Positions 47,511 through 58,613 of a DNA stretch of 64,000 bases are shown piece by piece. The DNA is taken from positions 32,001-96,000 of the forward strand of contig NZ_JAQNDL010000001.1 in NCBI RefSeq assembly GCF_028368995.1, read 5' to 3'. The number at the start of each line of letters is the position of its first letter. The first letter of the stretch is position 1. This stretch comes from Nannocystis bainbridge. GTDB lineage: Bacteria; Myxococcota_A; Polyangia; Nannocystales; Nannocystaceae. The notes under the pieces were generated by a model. The model was not told the DNA's origin. It saw nothing but the letters and a program-made list of their open reading frames with translations, and made no database searches. A program made the position numbers and the translations under genes.

Positions 47511-49280
47511 TTGGCCCACGTGCACTCAGCGCTCATCATCGACGCGGACGGCAAGACCCCGGCCACCCTCAAGAACATCCTGGCCCCCTACGGCTTCGAG
47601 TTCACGATCACGGAGAACGGGCCCGAAGCTGTCAACGTCGCGCGCCAGGCCGCGCCGGACATCATCTTTTTGCGCGCCGAGCTGCCGCTGACCTCCGGCT
47701 TCTCGGTGTGCAACCGCCTGCGGCGCCACGAGGACACCAAGCGCATCCCGCTCATCATGTACTCCTCGAACGTCAGCGAGGACGTGTTCGAGCAGCACCG
47801 CAACCTCAAGACCCACGCCGACGACTACCTGCGCCTGCCGCTCGACGAGGGCCGCCTGATCTCGGCCATCCGCCCGGTCCTCCCGATCGGCGAGGCCAAG
47901 GCCGAGGCCGCCCCCGCGCACCCCGGCCGCGACGGCGCGAACCCACCCCAGGCGGCCGCCAGGCCGGCCCGCTCGGGGCGCCCGAAAGAGCGCCTCGACA
48001 TCGAGCTGCGCGACGCCCCCGCGCGCGGCGAGGCCCGCCAGGCCTTCGAGCAGGAGTTCCAGGACGGCTTCAACGCCCTCCAGGACGAGCCCTCGTCGGC
48101 CATCCCGCGCGAGGGCTCCGGCGCCGTCCCGCCGCCCGACGGCGAGATGTCCGACGCCACCGCCGTGGGCGGCTTCAAGGCCCAGCGCGAGGTGCTCCAG
48201 CTCAAGAGCCAGCTCAACGCGCGCAGCCGCGAGATCCTCACGCTGCGCGACGAGGTCGACTCGCGCGAGCGCAACCTCGGCGACGCCAAAAAGCTCCAGC
48301 GCGAGCTGCAGGCCCAGATCGGCGAGCTCGAGAACCAGGTCCTCGCCGCCCAGGAGCAGATCCTGTCGTCGCGCGAGAACATCGAGGCCGCGGTGCGCGA
48401 CAAGCAGACCGCGCTCAAGCGCGAGGAGGGCGTCAAGACCCGGCTCGAGGTCACGCAGAAGAAGCTCAAGGAGACCGAGACCGAGTTCGCGGCCTTCCGC
48501 GCCCAGACCGCCCAGGACCGCGACAAGGCCGCCATCGCCCTCGCCGAGGCCCAGCAGCGGCTCGAGATGCAGACCGGCATGCTCACCGAGCTCGAGGCCG
48601 AGCGCGAGCGCCTGACCTCTCAGCTCCTCGAGTCCAACGGTCAGGTCTCGACCCTCGTCGACGGCTTCGAGAGCGCGCGCAAGAGCGTCGCCGGGCTCGA
48701 GACGCAGATGGAGCACCACCGCCAGGAGATGGAGCGCGCGCTCGCCGACGCCGAGACCGAGCGGGTCGCCTCGCTCGAGTCGCTGGCGCGCCAGCACCAG
48801 GGCGAGATCGACGAGCGCGACCAAGAACACCGCGGCGCCCTCGAGCAGCTCCACGCCCAGATCAACAGCCTGCGCGAGCAGGGCCAGCAGGAGCGCGAGC
48901 GCATGTCGCAGGCGCTGATGGAGACCGAGGAGAACGCCCGCCTGCAGGTCAGCCAGCTGACGCAGACGCTGTCGGCCACCGAGGAGGCGGCGCGGCGAGA
49001 GATCCAGAGCCTGCAGTACACCCTCGCGCAGGCCGAGGAGACCACCCGCGGCGAGCTCGCGTCGCTGCAGGCCGCGCTGTCCGACAGCCGCGTCCAGGCC
49101 GAGGACGCCGCCGCCGACCACGCCCGACGCGTCGCCGGCCTCGAGCACCAGGTCGACGAGCTCGGCGCCCAGCTCGACCGCGCCGAGACCCTGCTCGCCC
49201 GCCGCCGCGACGCCGCCCAGCGCGCCCAGCAGGCCCTCGCCGTCGGCCTCAAGTTGCTCGAAGACGACGATCAGACATGA
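47511..49280 (+). CDS. frzS: FrzS-like pseudo-receiver/coiled-coil motility regulator
   Basis: Receiver without the phospho-Asp (IIFLRAEL), FEQHRNLKTHADDY matching the FrzS receiver signature, long coiled coil. Confidence 0.75.
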   Translation: MAHVHSALIIDADGKTPATLKNILAPYGFEFTITENGPEAVNVARQAAPDIIFLRAELPLTSGFSVCNRLRRHEDTKRIPLIMYSSNVSEDVFEQHRNLKTHADDYLRLPLDEGRLISAIRPVLPIGEAKAEAAPAHPGRDGANPPQAAARPARSGRPKERLDIELRDAPARGEARQAFEQEFQDGFNALQDEPSSAIPREGSGAVPPPDGEMSDATAVGGFKAQREVLQLKSQLNARSREILTLRDEVDSRERNLGDAKKLQRELQAQIGELENQVLAAQEQILSSRENIEAAVRDKQTALKREEGVKTRLEVTQKKLKETETEFAAFRAQTAQDRDKAAIALAEAQQRLEMQTGMLTELEAERERLTSQLLESNGQVSTLVDGFESARKSVAGLETQMEHHRQEMERALADAETERVASLESLARQHQGEIDERDQEHRGALEQLHAQINSLREQGQQERERMSQALMETEENARLQVSQLTQTLSATEEAARREIQSLQYTLAQAEETTRGELASLQAALSDSRVQAEDAAADHARRVAGLEHQVDELGAQLDRAETLLARRRDAAQRAQQALAVGLKLLEDDDQT

Positions 49281-49314
49281 CCTGTCCTGAAGGCCATTTT
49301 CGAGGACCGACCCC

Positions 49315-51063
<1,749 letters not shown>

Positions 51064-51143
51064 TGCTCGCCGCGCACCGCGACCCCCTCGCCCCTCGCCC
51101 CCGCGACATGACCGCCCCGGCCGCAGCGACCGTCGCCTGAGTC

Positions 51144-52172
51144 ATGCCCGCGACCGAGCTCACCTACGGCCTCGCCGCCCTGCTCGGCGCCCTCCAGGGC
51201 GTCGCCGAGTTCCTGCCGATCTCGTCGTCCGGCCACCTCTCGCTGGCCCAGCGGGTCGCCGGCCTCGACGCGTCCGCCGGCGGCCACTCGTTCAACATCG
51301 TCGTCCACGCCGGCACCCTGCTGGCCGTCCTCCTCCACTACCGCGCCGACCTGCTGGCGATCGCCCGCGGCGTCCTGCGTCCTGGACATGTCCCCGAGGA
51401 CATGCCCAAAACGCCAGGTGCTTCCGGACATGCCCCGAAGGACAGGCTTCCCGGGACCGCTCCTCCGGACGGTCACGACCCACGCGTCGCGGCCCCCCAT
51501 GGCCCTCCGGAGAGCCCCACCGCGCACGGAGCTAGCGACCGCGGCGGCGCCTCTGCACCTGTCCCGGAGGACAGCCTGGGCCGCGCCAGCTCGGGCAGCG
51601 CGCCGACCGACGCCCGCGCCCTGCTGCTGGCGCTCGTGCTCGGCACCTTGCCGCTCGCGGCCGCCCTCGCCCCGCCGGTCGAGGGCCTCGTCATCGCCGC
51701 CGAGCTCCAGCCGAAGATCATCGGCGCCTGCTTCCTCGTCACCGCGGCCATGCTCGCGTTCGCCGAGTGGCGGACCCGCCGGCAGCCGTGGCCGCAGCAG
51801 GTCCCGCGCCCGCTGCAGGCGCTGCTCATCGGCCTCGCCCAGCTCGTCGCCATCCTGCCGGGCATCTCGCGCAGCGGCTCGACGATCGCCGCCGCCATGG
51901 CGCTCGGGCTCGGCCGCCTGCCCGCGGCCCGGTTCTCGTTCCTGCTGGCGATCCCCGCCATCCTCGGCGCCTCGCTCAAGGAGGCCCTCGACCTCATGCG
52001 CGACGGCCTGCCGAGCGCCGACCCGGTCGCGTTCGCCATCGGCTTCGTCGTCAGCTTCGTGGTCGGCGTCGCCACCCTGCGCGTGCTGCTGGTCCTGCTG
52101 GTCCGCGTCGGCGTGATGCCGTTCGTGCCCTACCTGGTCATCCTCGGCCTCGGCGTCCTCATCCTCGGCTGA
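51144..52172 (+). CDS. uppP: Undecaprenyl-diphosphate phosphatase with a roughly 70-aa loop insertion
   Basis: QGVAEFLPISSSGHL, VHAGTLLAV, PGISRSGSTI, ARFSFLLAIP. Confidence 0.94.
   Translation: MPATELTYGLAALLGALQGVAEFLPISSSGHLSLAQRVAGLDASAGGHSFNIVVHAGTLLAVLLHYRADLLAIARGVLRPGHVPEDMPKTPGASGHAPKDRLPGTAPPDGHDPRVAAPHGPPESPTAHGASDRGGASAPVPEDSLGRASSGSAPTDARALLLALVLGTLPLAAALAPPVEGLVIAAELQPKIIGACFLVTAAMLAFAEWRTRRQPWPQQVPRPLQALLIGLAQLVAILPGISRSGSTIAAAMALGLGRLPAARFSFLLAIPAILGASLKEALDLMRDGLPSADPVAFAIGFVVSFVVGVATLRVLLVLLVRVGVMPFVPYLVILGLGVLILG
51375..51573. repeat. 14-bp-unit array (5 units plus 1 solo) within the uppP insertion
   Basis: ..GGACA TGTCCccgaGGACA TGCCCaaaaCGCCA GGTGCttccGGACA TGCCCcgaaGGACA ... 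TGTCCcggaGGACA. Confidence 0.85.
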
Positions 52173-52305
52173 GCGCGCGCGACCGTCGACTCTCCGCGTG
52201 ACTTCCAATCGCGCGGCGACGCGAATTCTCGGGCTCGCCCGCCCGCAGCATGCGACGTCCGATCGCCGCACGGCTCCGTCTCGCCCGGTTCGTTATCCTC
52301 GATCG

Positions 52306-53010
52306 ATGCTGCGCCGACTCGTCCTCTGCTCGCCCTTCCTGTTCGCCTGCGCCCCGAAGCTGCCGTCGGAGACCGACGGCGAGCCCACCTCGACCTCGGA
52401 CGGCGACGGCGCCACGAGCACTTCGGGTCCCGCACCGACCTCCGAATCCACCACGAGCACCTCGGGTCCCGCGCCGACGACGGGCATCACCACGGAGCCA
52501 GCGAGCACCACCGACGCCAGCTCCGGGACCACCGGAGCGCCGGAGGCGGAGCTGCGGATCTTCCCGGTCGAGCTGCGGCCCAGCCAGGCGAGCGGGCTCG
52601 ATGGCCTCGAGTGGTGGAAACCCGACCCGTCCGCTGAATGGTGCGACCCCGAACCGTGCCGCGGCGTCCCCACTCTGGGCGAGCCGCGGTGGCTCGTCGA
52701 CGGCGCCTTCGCCGAACCCGAAGCCATCGTGATCGGCAGCCGCGTCGCCGTCCTCGTCCCCTACCAGCACCCCGGCTGCGCGCTCGCGTGCGGGATGCAG
52801 ACGACCGAGGTGACCGACGAGATCGAGGGCGGCGGAGGCATCGGCAACCTGCCCGCCGACCTGCCCTGCGGCACCGCGGCGAGCGGCGTGTGGCTGGCGC
52901 TCGACTTCGGCCTCATCGTTCGCGGCGGCATGCACCGCGCCGCGCTCCGGATCGAGGACCGCTGCGCCGTCGGCACCGAGTTCTGGTCGGCGACCTTCGA
53001 GCCCGGATGA
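52306..53010 (+). CDS. Hypothetical lipoprotein with Thr/Ser-rich linker
   Basis: Lipobox LFAC, low-complexity linker, Cys-containing C-terminal domain. Confidence 0.68.
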   Translation: MLRRLVLCSPFLFACAPKLPSETDGEPTSTSDGDGATSTSGPAPTSESTTSTSGPAPTTGITTEPASTTDASSGTTGAPEAELRIFPVELRPSQASGLDGLEWWKPDPSAEWCDPEPCRGVPTLGEPRWLVDGAFAEPEAIVIGSRVAVLVPYQHPGCALACGMQTTEVTDEIEGGGGIGNLPADLPCGTAASGVWLALDFGLIVRGGMHRAALRIEDRCAVGTEFWSATFEPG

Positions 53011-53013
53011 ACA

Positions 53014-53096
53014 TGCCCGAATGACATGCCCGCATGGACATGTCCTATCACACATGCGCTTCAGAGCATGCCCAGAGGGACATGCCCGATCGGGCA
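53014..53096. repeat. 14-bp-unit array (6 units) between convergent genes
   Basis: TGCCCgcatGGACA TGTCCtatcACACA TGCGCttcaGAGCA TGCCCagagGGACA TGCCCgatcGGGCA. Confidence 0.86.
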
Positions 53097-53119
53097 TCTG
53101 CCGCTCGACGGCGCAGCGA

Positions 53120-54157
53120 CTACGCGCCCGCGCGCGTCAGCAGCATGCAGTCGCCGTACGAGTAGAAGCGGTAGCCGGCGGCGACCGCCTCGGCGTAGGC
53201 CGCCAGCACCCGCTCGCGGCCGCCGAGGCAGCACACCAGCATCAACAGCGAGCTGCGCGGCAGGTGGAAGTTGGTGACGATCGCGTCGACCACCTTGAAC
53301 TCGAAGCCCGGCGCGATCACCAGATCGGTCGCCCCGGAGAACGGCGCCACCGTCCCGCCGCCGGCGCGGGCCACCGCCTCGAGCGCGCGCGTGGCCGTGG
53401 TCCCGACGGCGACGACCGGGCGGCCCTCGGCCTTGGCCGCGGCGATCCGGCTCGCCGCCGCCGCGTCGACCTCGACCCGCTCGGCGCCGACCCGGTGCTC
53501 GCGCACGTCCTCGGCCTCGAGCGGCAAGAACGTGCCCGGCCCGACGTGCAGCGTCACGCGCACGACGTCGAGCTGCTCCAGCACCTCGGGCTCCCAGTGC
53601 AGGCCGGCCGTCGGCGCCGCGACCGAGCCCGGCTGCGCGGCGTAGATCGTCTGATAGCGGCTGGCATCGTCGCTCGTCGGCCCCTCGGGCCGGCGGATGT
53701 ACGGCGGCAGCGGCACCTCGCCGCGGCTCTGCAGCGCGCCCATCCACTCGCCGGTCTCGACCGCGAACACCCGCGCCCGCGGGTCGACGACGTCGGGCTC
53801 GACGTAGCGGGCGACCCACTCGCCGCACTGCACGACGTCGCCGGGCCGTAGCCGCCGGGCCCCGCGGACCCACGCGCAGAACGTCTGGCCCGGCCCGAGC
53901 CCCGGCCGCGGGTCGCACACCAGCAGCTCCAGCTCGCGGCTGCCATGCATCACCCGCAGCCGCGCGGGCACCACCCGCGAGTCGTTGACGACCACGAGCG
54001 CCCGCGGATCGAGGAAGCGCGGCAGCTCACGCGCGTGGGCGTGGACCGGCGGCCCCGCGTCGCGCTGCACCAGCAAGCGGGCGTCGCCGCGCCGGGCCGG
54101 GGGCGTCTGGGCGATCTGCTCCGGCGGCAGCACGTAGTCGTAGGCTTCAGGACCCAT
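53120..54157 (-). CDS. queA: S-adenosylmethionine:tRNA ribosyltransferase-isomerase
   Basis: YDYVLPPEQIAQ, VNDSRVVPAR, PLPPYI, YQTIYA..GSVAAPTAGLH, TNFHLPRS, YRFYSYGD. Confidence 0.97.
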   Translation of the reverse strand: MGPEAYDYVLPPEQIAQTPPARRGDARLLVQRDAGPPVHAHARELPRFLDPRALVVVNDSRVVPARLRVMHGSRELELLVCDPRPGLGPGQTFCAWVRGARRLRPGDVVQCGEWVARYVEPDVVDPRARVFAVETGEWMGALQSRGEVPLPPYIRRPEGPTSDDASRYQTIYAAQPGSVAAPTAGLHWEPEVLEQLDVVRVTLHVGPGTFLPLEAEDVREHRVGAERVEVDAAAASRIAAAKAEGRPVVAVGTTATRALEAVARAGGGTVAPFSGATDLVIAPGFEFKVVDAIVTNFHLPRSSLLMLVCCLGGRERVLAAYAEAVAAGYRFYSYGDCMLLTRAGA

Positions 54158-54224
54158 GAAGACGCGCGGGTTTTGGCACACCCGCGCCGCCGCGCACAAG
54201 TGGCCCGGGCCGCGGCGACGGTCC

Positions 54225-55601
54225 ATGCTCGCGGCAGTGCCCCGCCACACGCTCGTCGCCGCCGCCTCCCTGGCCCTGCTCGCCCTGGCGCCCGCGCCCG
54301 CCCGCGGCGGCGAGTCGAGCGCCGAGATCCTGCACCGCCGCGGGGTGCACTGCATGGAGGAGATCGAGCGCCGCGACTGCGCGATCGAGCACTTCGAGGC
54401 GCTGCTCGAGGAGCGCACCGATCGCCGCGAGCTCGTCACCGACGGCCTGCTGCGCCTGGTCAAGCTGTACGAGAAGGAGGACCGCCCCGAGGACCTCAAG
54501 GCCGCGCTGCGCCGCTTCTGGGACGCCGGCAAGACCGACAGCCGCCGCGGCCACCTGCCCTACACCGCCCGCTTCCTGCCCAAGGACTTCGACGTCCTGT
54601 TCCACGCCCACATCGGGCGCCTCGTGGCCTCGCCGCTGGCCAAGCAGCTCGACGAGATCGCCGAGTTCGTCATGACCTGCGACCCGCACGTGCGCGGCCA
54701 GCTCGACGACCTGCGGATCCTCCGCAAGGCCCAGCGCAAGTCCAGAGAGACAGGTGTGCCTGTCCAAAAGGCCATGTCGGACGTCGTCGCCGAGGAGAAG
54801 AAGCGCAGCGAGGCTTACAAGAAGCGGCGCGCCCAGGCCGAGGCGGAGGGCCGACCGCGCCGCCACGAGCCGGTGTTCGCCGACGCCACTTGCCAGGTCG
54901 CGCGGGCCCTCGGCGACGACACCGTGGCGGCCTGGACCCGCGGCGCGTTCGCCCTCGCGCACGGCGATTTCCGCCGCTCCGCCGCGATCCTCGAGATCCC
55001 CGACCTCGCCGCCAAGCTGGCCGCCGCGACCGCCGCCGGGCGACTGGTCGTCCGTGGCGACGGCATCTGGGCGCTCACCCCGCTGCGCTACCAGGGCGGC
55101 GAGGTGCTGCTGCGCGTGCTCGACACCGGCGAGCTGGTGGTCGCGCCGCCGGCGGTGATGACGGAGATCGCCGCCAACTTCGCCCGCGGCAAGCGCACGC
55201 TGCCCCGCGAGGTCGACCGCCTCGTCGTCGGCACGCCGGTCGACGCCGGCTTCTTCGCCGTCGCCACCGAGGCCGCGGTCCAGGAGCTCGGCTTCGGCAA
55301 CATGTCGAAGGGCCGCCGCGGCCTGCTCCAGCTGCTCCTCCCGCGCCCCGAGGGCCTGCAGATGGCCGGCGTCGCCCACGAGTACTTCGGCTTCTTCCTC
55401 CGCATGCCGACCGACACGCCGCTCAAGGCCGGCGCGCTGGTCGACGTGGTCCAGCGGATGATCGCCAACCAGGCCGAGGCCGACTCCGACAGCGCCGAAT
55501 TCCTGCGCCTGCTCGACGTGACTCAAGCCACGGACAAGCGCGCGCTGCTCCTGTCCTACGTCCTCTCGCGCCGGCAGATCGAGACGATCGTGCTGCGCTG
55601 A
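54225..55601 (+). CDS. Secreted hypothetical protein (TPR-like N-terminus)
   Basis: Signal peptide, helical N-terminal segment, strong GC3 bias. Confidence 0.72.
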   Translation: MLAAVPRHTLVAAASLALLALAPAPARGGESSAEILHRRGVHCMEEIERRDCAIEHFEALLEERTDRRELVTDGLLRLVKLYEKEDRPEDLKAALRRFWDAGKTDSRRGHLPYTARFLPKDFDVLFHAHIGRLVASPLAKQLDEIAEFVMTCDPHVRGQLDDLRILRKAQRKSRETGVPVQKAMSDVVAEEKKRSEAYKKRRAQAEAEGRPRRHEPVFADATCQVARALGDDTVAAWTRGAFALAHGDFRRSAAILEIPDLAAKLAAATAAGRLVVRGDGIWALTPLRYQGGEVLLRVLDTGELVVAPPAVMTEIAANFARGKRTLPREVDRLVVGTPVDAGFFAVATEAAVQELGFGNMSKGRRGLLQLLLPRPEGLQMAGVAHEYFGFFLRMPTDTPLKAGALVDVVQRMIANQAEADSDSAEFLRLLDVTQATDKRALLLSYVLSRRQIETIVLR

Positions 55602-55611
55602 GCGCCGAGGC

Positions 55612-57321
55612 GTGGCAGTCTTGTCCCCCGTGGCGACCCCCCTGTCCGCCGTCCCGCTCCTCGCCTGGCTCGCGCTCGCCGGCGTGGCACCTGGCGGTTC
55701 GAGCATGTCCTCCAGCGCAGGTCCGATCGGCCAGGTGCGTTCGGACATGTCCGAACGGCCAGCCCTGATCGCCCTCGCGCCGGCCCGCGGCGGCAAACCG
55801 AAGACCCCGGCGCCCGCACCGGCGCCCGAGCCGACCCTGGCCCCGCCGACCTACGGCCCCGAGCAGGCCGCCGCCGACATCGAGGTGGTGCTGACCGGCC
55901 GCGGCAAGGACTACCTGCAGGCGCGCGCGCGCCTCGAGCAGCACGCCGATGTCGCCGCGCCGCGGGTCACCGCGCGCCTGGCCGCCACGCCGGCGCCGAC
56001 GATGCCGGAGCAGCGCCGCCTGCTCGCGCTGCTCGGCGGCATCGCCCGGCCCGAGGACATCCCGCTGTTCGCCGACGCGATGCGCCGCGAGGTCGCGGCC
56101 GCGGTCAAGCAGTCGCAGGAGCAAGGCGTCGAGCTGCCGGCGGCCGAGCCGTGGCGCGAGATCTTGCGCGCGCAGGGCCCCGCGGCCGCGCCGGCGCTGA
56201 CGGGGCTGGTGGCCGAGAAGACCTTCAGCGAGGAGCTGCGCGGCCTCTTGCTCGCCGACCTCGTCGCCGTCACCCCGGCCGACAAGCTGCCCGAGTTGGT
56301 CGCGCTGGTCGGCCTCGGCGCGCCGAGCCTGCGCGCCGCGCTGCGCCAGGCGATCGTCCGCCGCGCCCACTCCTCGCCGGCCGAGCGCGCGCAGCTGATC
56401 CAGGTCGTCGACGCCGCGCTCGCCGCTCGCGAGCCCGCGCGCCTGCCCGGCCTCGTGCTGCTGCGCGCCGCGCTCGGCGGCGCCGGCGACACCGCCTTCA
56501 CCACCCGCGCCGCCGCCCTCGCCGAGGACACAGCCGGCGAGTTTGCCACCCGCGTCGCCGCCATCCGCGTGCTCGTCGCTCGCCGCAGCGACCCCGCCAC
56601 CCAGACCGTGCTCGCGCGCCTCGCCGAGCAGCACCTGCCGGCCGACCAGCGGACCGCCCTGCGCAGCGAGATCCTCGGCAGCCTCGCCCTCGCCGGCCTC
56701 GATGCCACCCGCGCCGCCGCCGTCGTCGACCGCCTGCAGCTCATGAGCGCCGCGGCCCCGCGCCTCGCCACCACCGCCTTCGCCGTCGCCGCGCTGCCGC
56801 CCAGCGGCGCCTGGCTCGAAGTCGGCCAGCGCCACGCCTGGCCCGAGGTCCGCGCCGCCGCGCTCGCCCGCGTCGAGGCGCCGTGCTCGACGGCGATCCT
56901 CCGCCGCCTGCGCGACGGCACCGTCACCCGCGGCGACACCTTCGAGCCCGACGCCGCGGTCGCGCGCGAGGTCCTGGTCGCGCTCGGTCGCTGCGGCGGG
57001 CCCGACGCCTTCGCCGCGCTGCAGGCCGTGGTCGTCGACGCCGAACAGAACGTCGACCGCCGGGCCGAGGCCGCGCGTCAGCTCGTCGACCGCCACGGCT
57101 CCGCCGGCGCCGACGTCGTCGCCGCGGTGCTGCGCAGCTCCGACGACCTCGGGGTCGCGCTCCGCCTCGTGCGCGCGCTGCAGCGGCTGGAGGGCCCCGC
57201 CAGCGACGACGTGCGCCAGGCCCTGTGCGCCGCCGGCAAGCGCCAGGAGCTGGCCACCAGCGCCCAGCGGGCCGTTCGCGGCCTGTTCCCCGACCTCGAC
57301 GATCCCTGCGCGGGCGGCTGA
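55612..57321 (+). CDS. Ala/Leu-rich HEAT/ARM-repeat-like exported protein
   Basis: Hydrophobic N-terminus; repeats such as EVRAAALAR and VDRRAEAARQL; start may be GTG 55630. Confidence 0.7.
   Translation: MAVLSPVATPLSAVPLLAWLALAGVAPGGSSMSSSAGPIGQVRSDMSERPALIALAPARGGKPKTPAPAPAPEPTLAPPTYGPEQAAADIEVVLTGRGKDYLQARARLEQHADVAAPRVTARLAATPAPTMPEQRRLLALLGGIARPEDIPLFADAMRREVAAAVKQSQEQGVELPAAEPWREILRAQGPAAAPALTGLVAEKTFSEELRGLLLADLVAVTPADKLPELVALVGLGAPSLRAALRQAIVRRAHSSPAERAQLIQVVDAALAAREPARLPGLVLLRAALGGAGDTAFTTRAAALAEDTAGEFATRVAAIRVLVARRSDPATQTVLARLAEQHLPADQRTALRSEILGSLALAGLDATRAAAVVDRLQLMSAAAPRLATTAFAVAALPPSGAWLEVGQRHAWPEVRAAALARVEAPCSTAILRRLRDGTVTRGDTFEPDAAVAREVLVALGRCGGPDAFAALQAVVVDAEQNVDRRAEAARQLVDRHGSAGADVVAAVLRSSDDLGVALRLVRALQRLEGPASDDVRQALCAAGKRQELATSAQRAVRGLFPDLDDPCAGG
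55692..55761. repeat. 14-bp-unit array (5 units), in frame after the signal peptide
   Basis: TGGCGgttcGAGCA TGTCCtccaGCGCA GGTCCgatcGGCCA GGTGCgttcGGACA TGTCCgaacGGCCA. Confidence 0.82.
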
Positions 57322-57323
57322 CG

Positions 57324-58613
57324 ATGTCCACCGGCCGCGACAAGCCCAAGCTCCGCAAGGTCGAGCGCCTCAACCTCCAGCGCGGCGACGAGGCGCTGCT
57401 CGTCCTGCGCGATCCGACCGGCCTCAGCGATCAGGTCGCGTTCCCGCAAGAAGCGTCGGTCGTGCTCGACGCGCTCGACGGTCAGCGCACCGTGCCGCAG
57501 ATCCGCCAGTCGCTGGCGATGCGCGGGATCCTCGAGATCGAGCTCGCCGAGCTCGAGGCGCTGGTGCGCGACCTCGAGGTCGCCGGCTACCTCGACGACG
57601 CCGCCTTCCGCGCCCGCTGGGAGGCCATCCATCGCGAGTTCCTGACCAACCCGACGAGGCGCCCGCGCTGGGCCGGTCTGCTCTACCCCGACGATCCGGC
57701 CGCGCTCGCCGAGCTGCTGGCCGCGACCCTACCTGACCCTTCAGCCAGGTTCACCGACACCGACGCCGCGCTCGGGGTGCTCCTGCCGCACCAGCCGCTG
57801 CCCAGCCCCGACGCACCCGCCGACGCGGCCGTGCGCGCCGCCGCCAGCCTCGCCGACGAGGTCCTGCGCGGGCTCCCGCGCGCCCGCGACATCGACCTCG
57901 TCGTCATCCTCGGCACCGACTACCACCCCGGTCTGCAGCCGTTCGTCGTCACCGACAAGCGCTACGCCACGCCGCGCGGCGAGCTGCCGTCGGACCCGGC
58001 GCTGGTGCGGGCGCTCGACCGCCGCCTGCCGTGGATCCGCCGCGAGGAGATCCGTCACCGCGAGGCGATGAGCCTCGAGCTCGCGGCGGCTGTCCTTCAG
58101 CACCTGTACGATGGGACATGTCCTCCGGTGCTGCCGGTGCTGTGCGGCCCGGGCGCGGTCGAGCTCGACGAGGGCGGGCCGGTCGAGGCGTTCCTGGCCA
58201 CCATGGAACATGTCCTCGAGGACAGGCGCGTGCTGTGGTGGGTGACCGCCGAGCTGGGGCATGAGGGCCCGGCGTTCGGCCGCCCGGCGCTGACGAAGGA
58301 TCGCGTCGCGGCGCTGATGGCCCGCGACCGGGCCGTGCTCGCCGCGCTCGCCGACGGCCGGCCCGAGCAGCTCGGCCGCTGCTGCAAGGACGTGCCCGGC
58401 CTCGATCCGCCGAGCGGCACCGCGGCGCTGCTCACCGCGGCCCGGCTGTTCCCGGTCGGCTACGGCGCCGACCTCGTCGCCTACGCGGCGGGTCGCCCGG
58501 TCGGCGCCGACGAGGGCTGGATCGGCCTCGGCGGCGCCCGCTTCACGCGACCCGTCGACGACGGCGACGACGACGACGACGACTTCAGGCCTTCGCGCCC
58601 GCGAGTCGCATGA
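57324..58613 (+). CDS. AmmeMemoRadiSam system protein B (Memo-like) with a PqqD-like N-terminus
   Basis: LRDPTGLS..LDGQRT N-terminal domain; AGLLYPDDP, VVILGT, YATPRG, HEGPAFG; start at ATG 57324. Confidence 0.8.
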   Translation: MSTGRDKPKLRKVERLNLQRGDEALLVLRDPTGLSDQVAFPQEASVVLDALDGQRTVPQIRQSLAMRGILEIELAELEALVRDLEVAGYLDDAAFRARWEAIHREFLTNPTRRPRWAGLLYPDDPAALAELLAATLPDPSARFTDTDAALGVLLPHQPLPSPDAPADAAVRAAASLADEVLRGLPRARDIDLVVILGTDYHPGLQPFVVTDKRYATPRGELPSDPALVRALDRRLPWIRREEIRHREAMSLELAAAVLQHLYDGTCPPVLPVLCGPGAVELDEGGPVEAFLATMEHVLEDRRVLWWVTAELGHEGPAFGRPALTKDRVAALMARDRAVLAALADGRPEQLGRCCKDVPGLDPPSGTAALLTAARLFPVGYGADLVAYAAGRPVGADEGWIGLGGARFTRPVDDGDDDDDDFRPSRPRVA

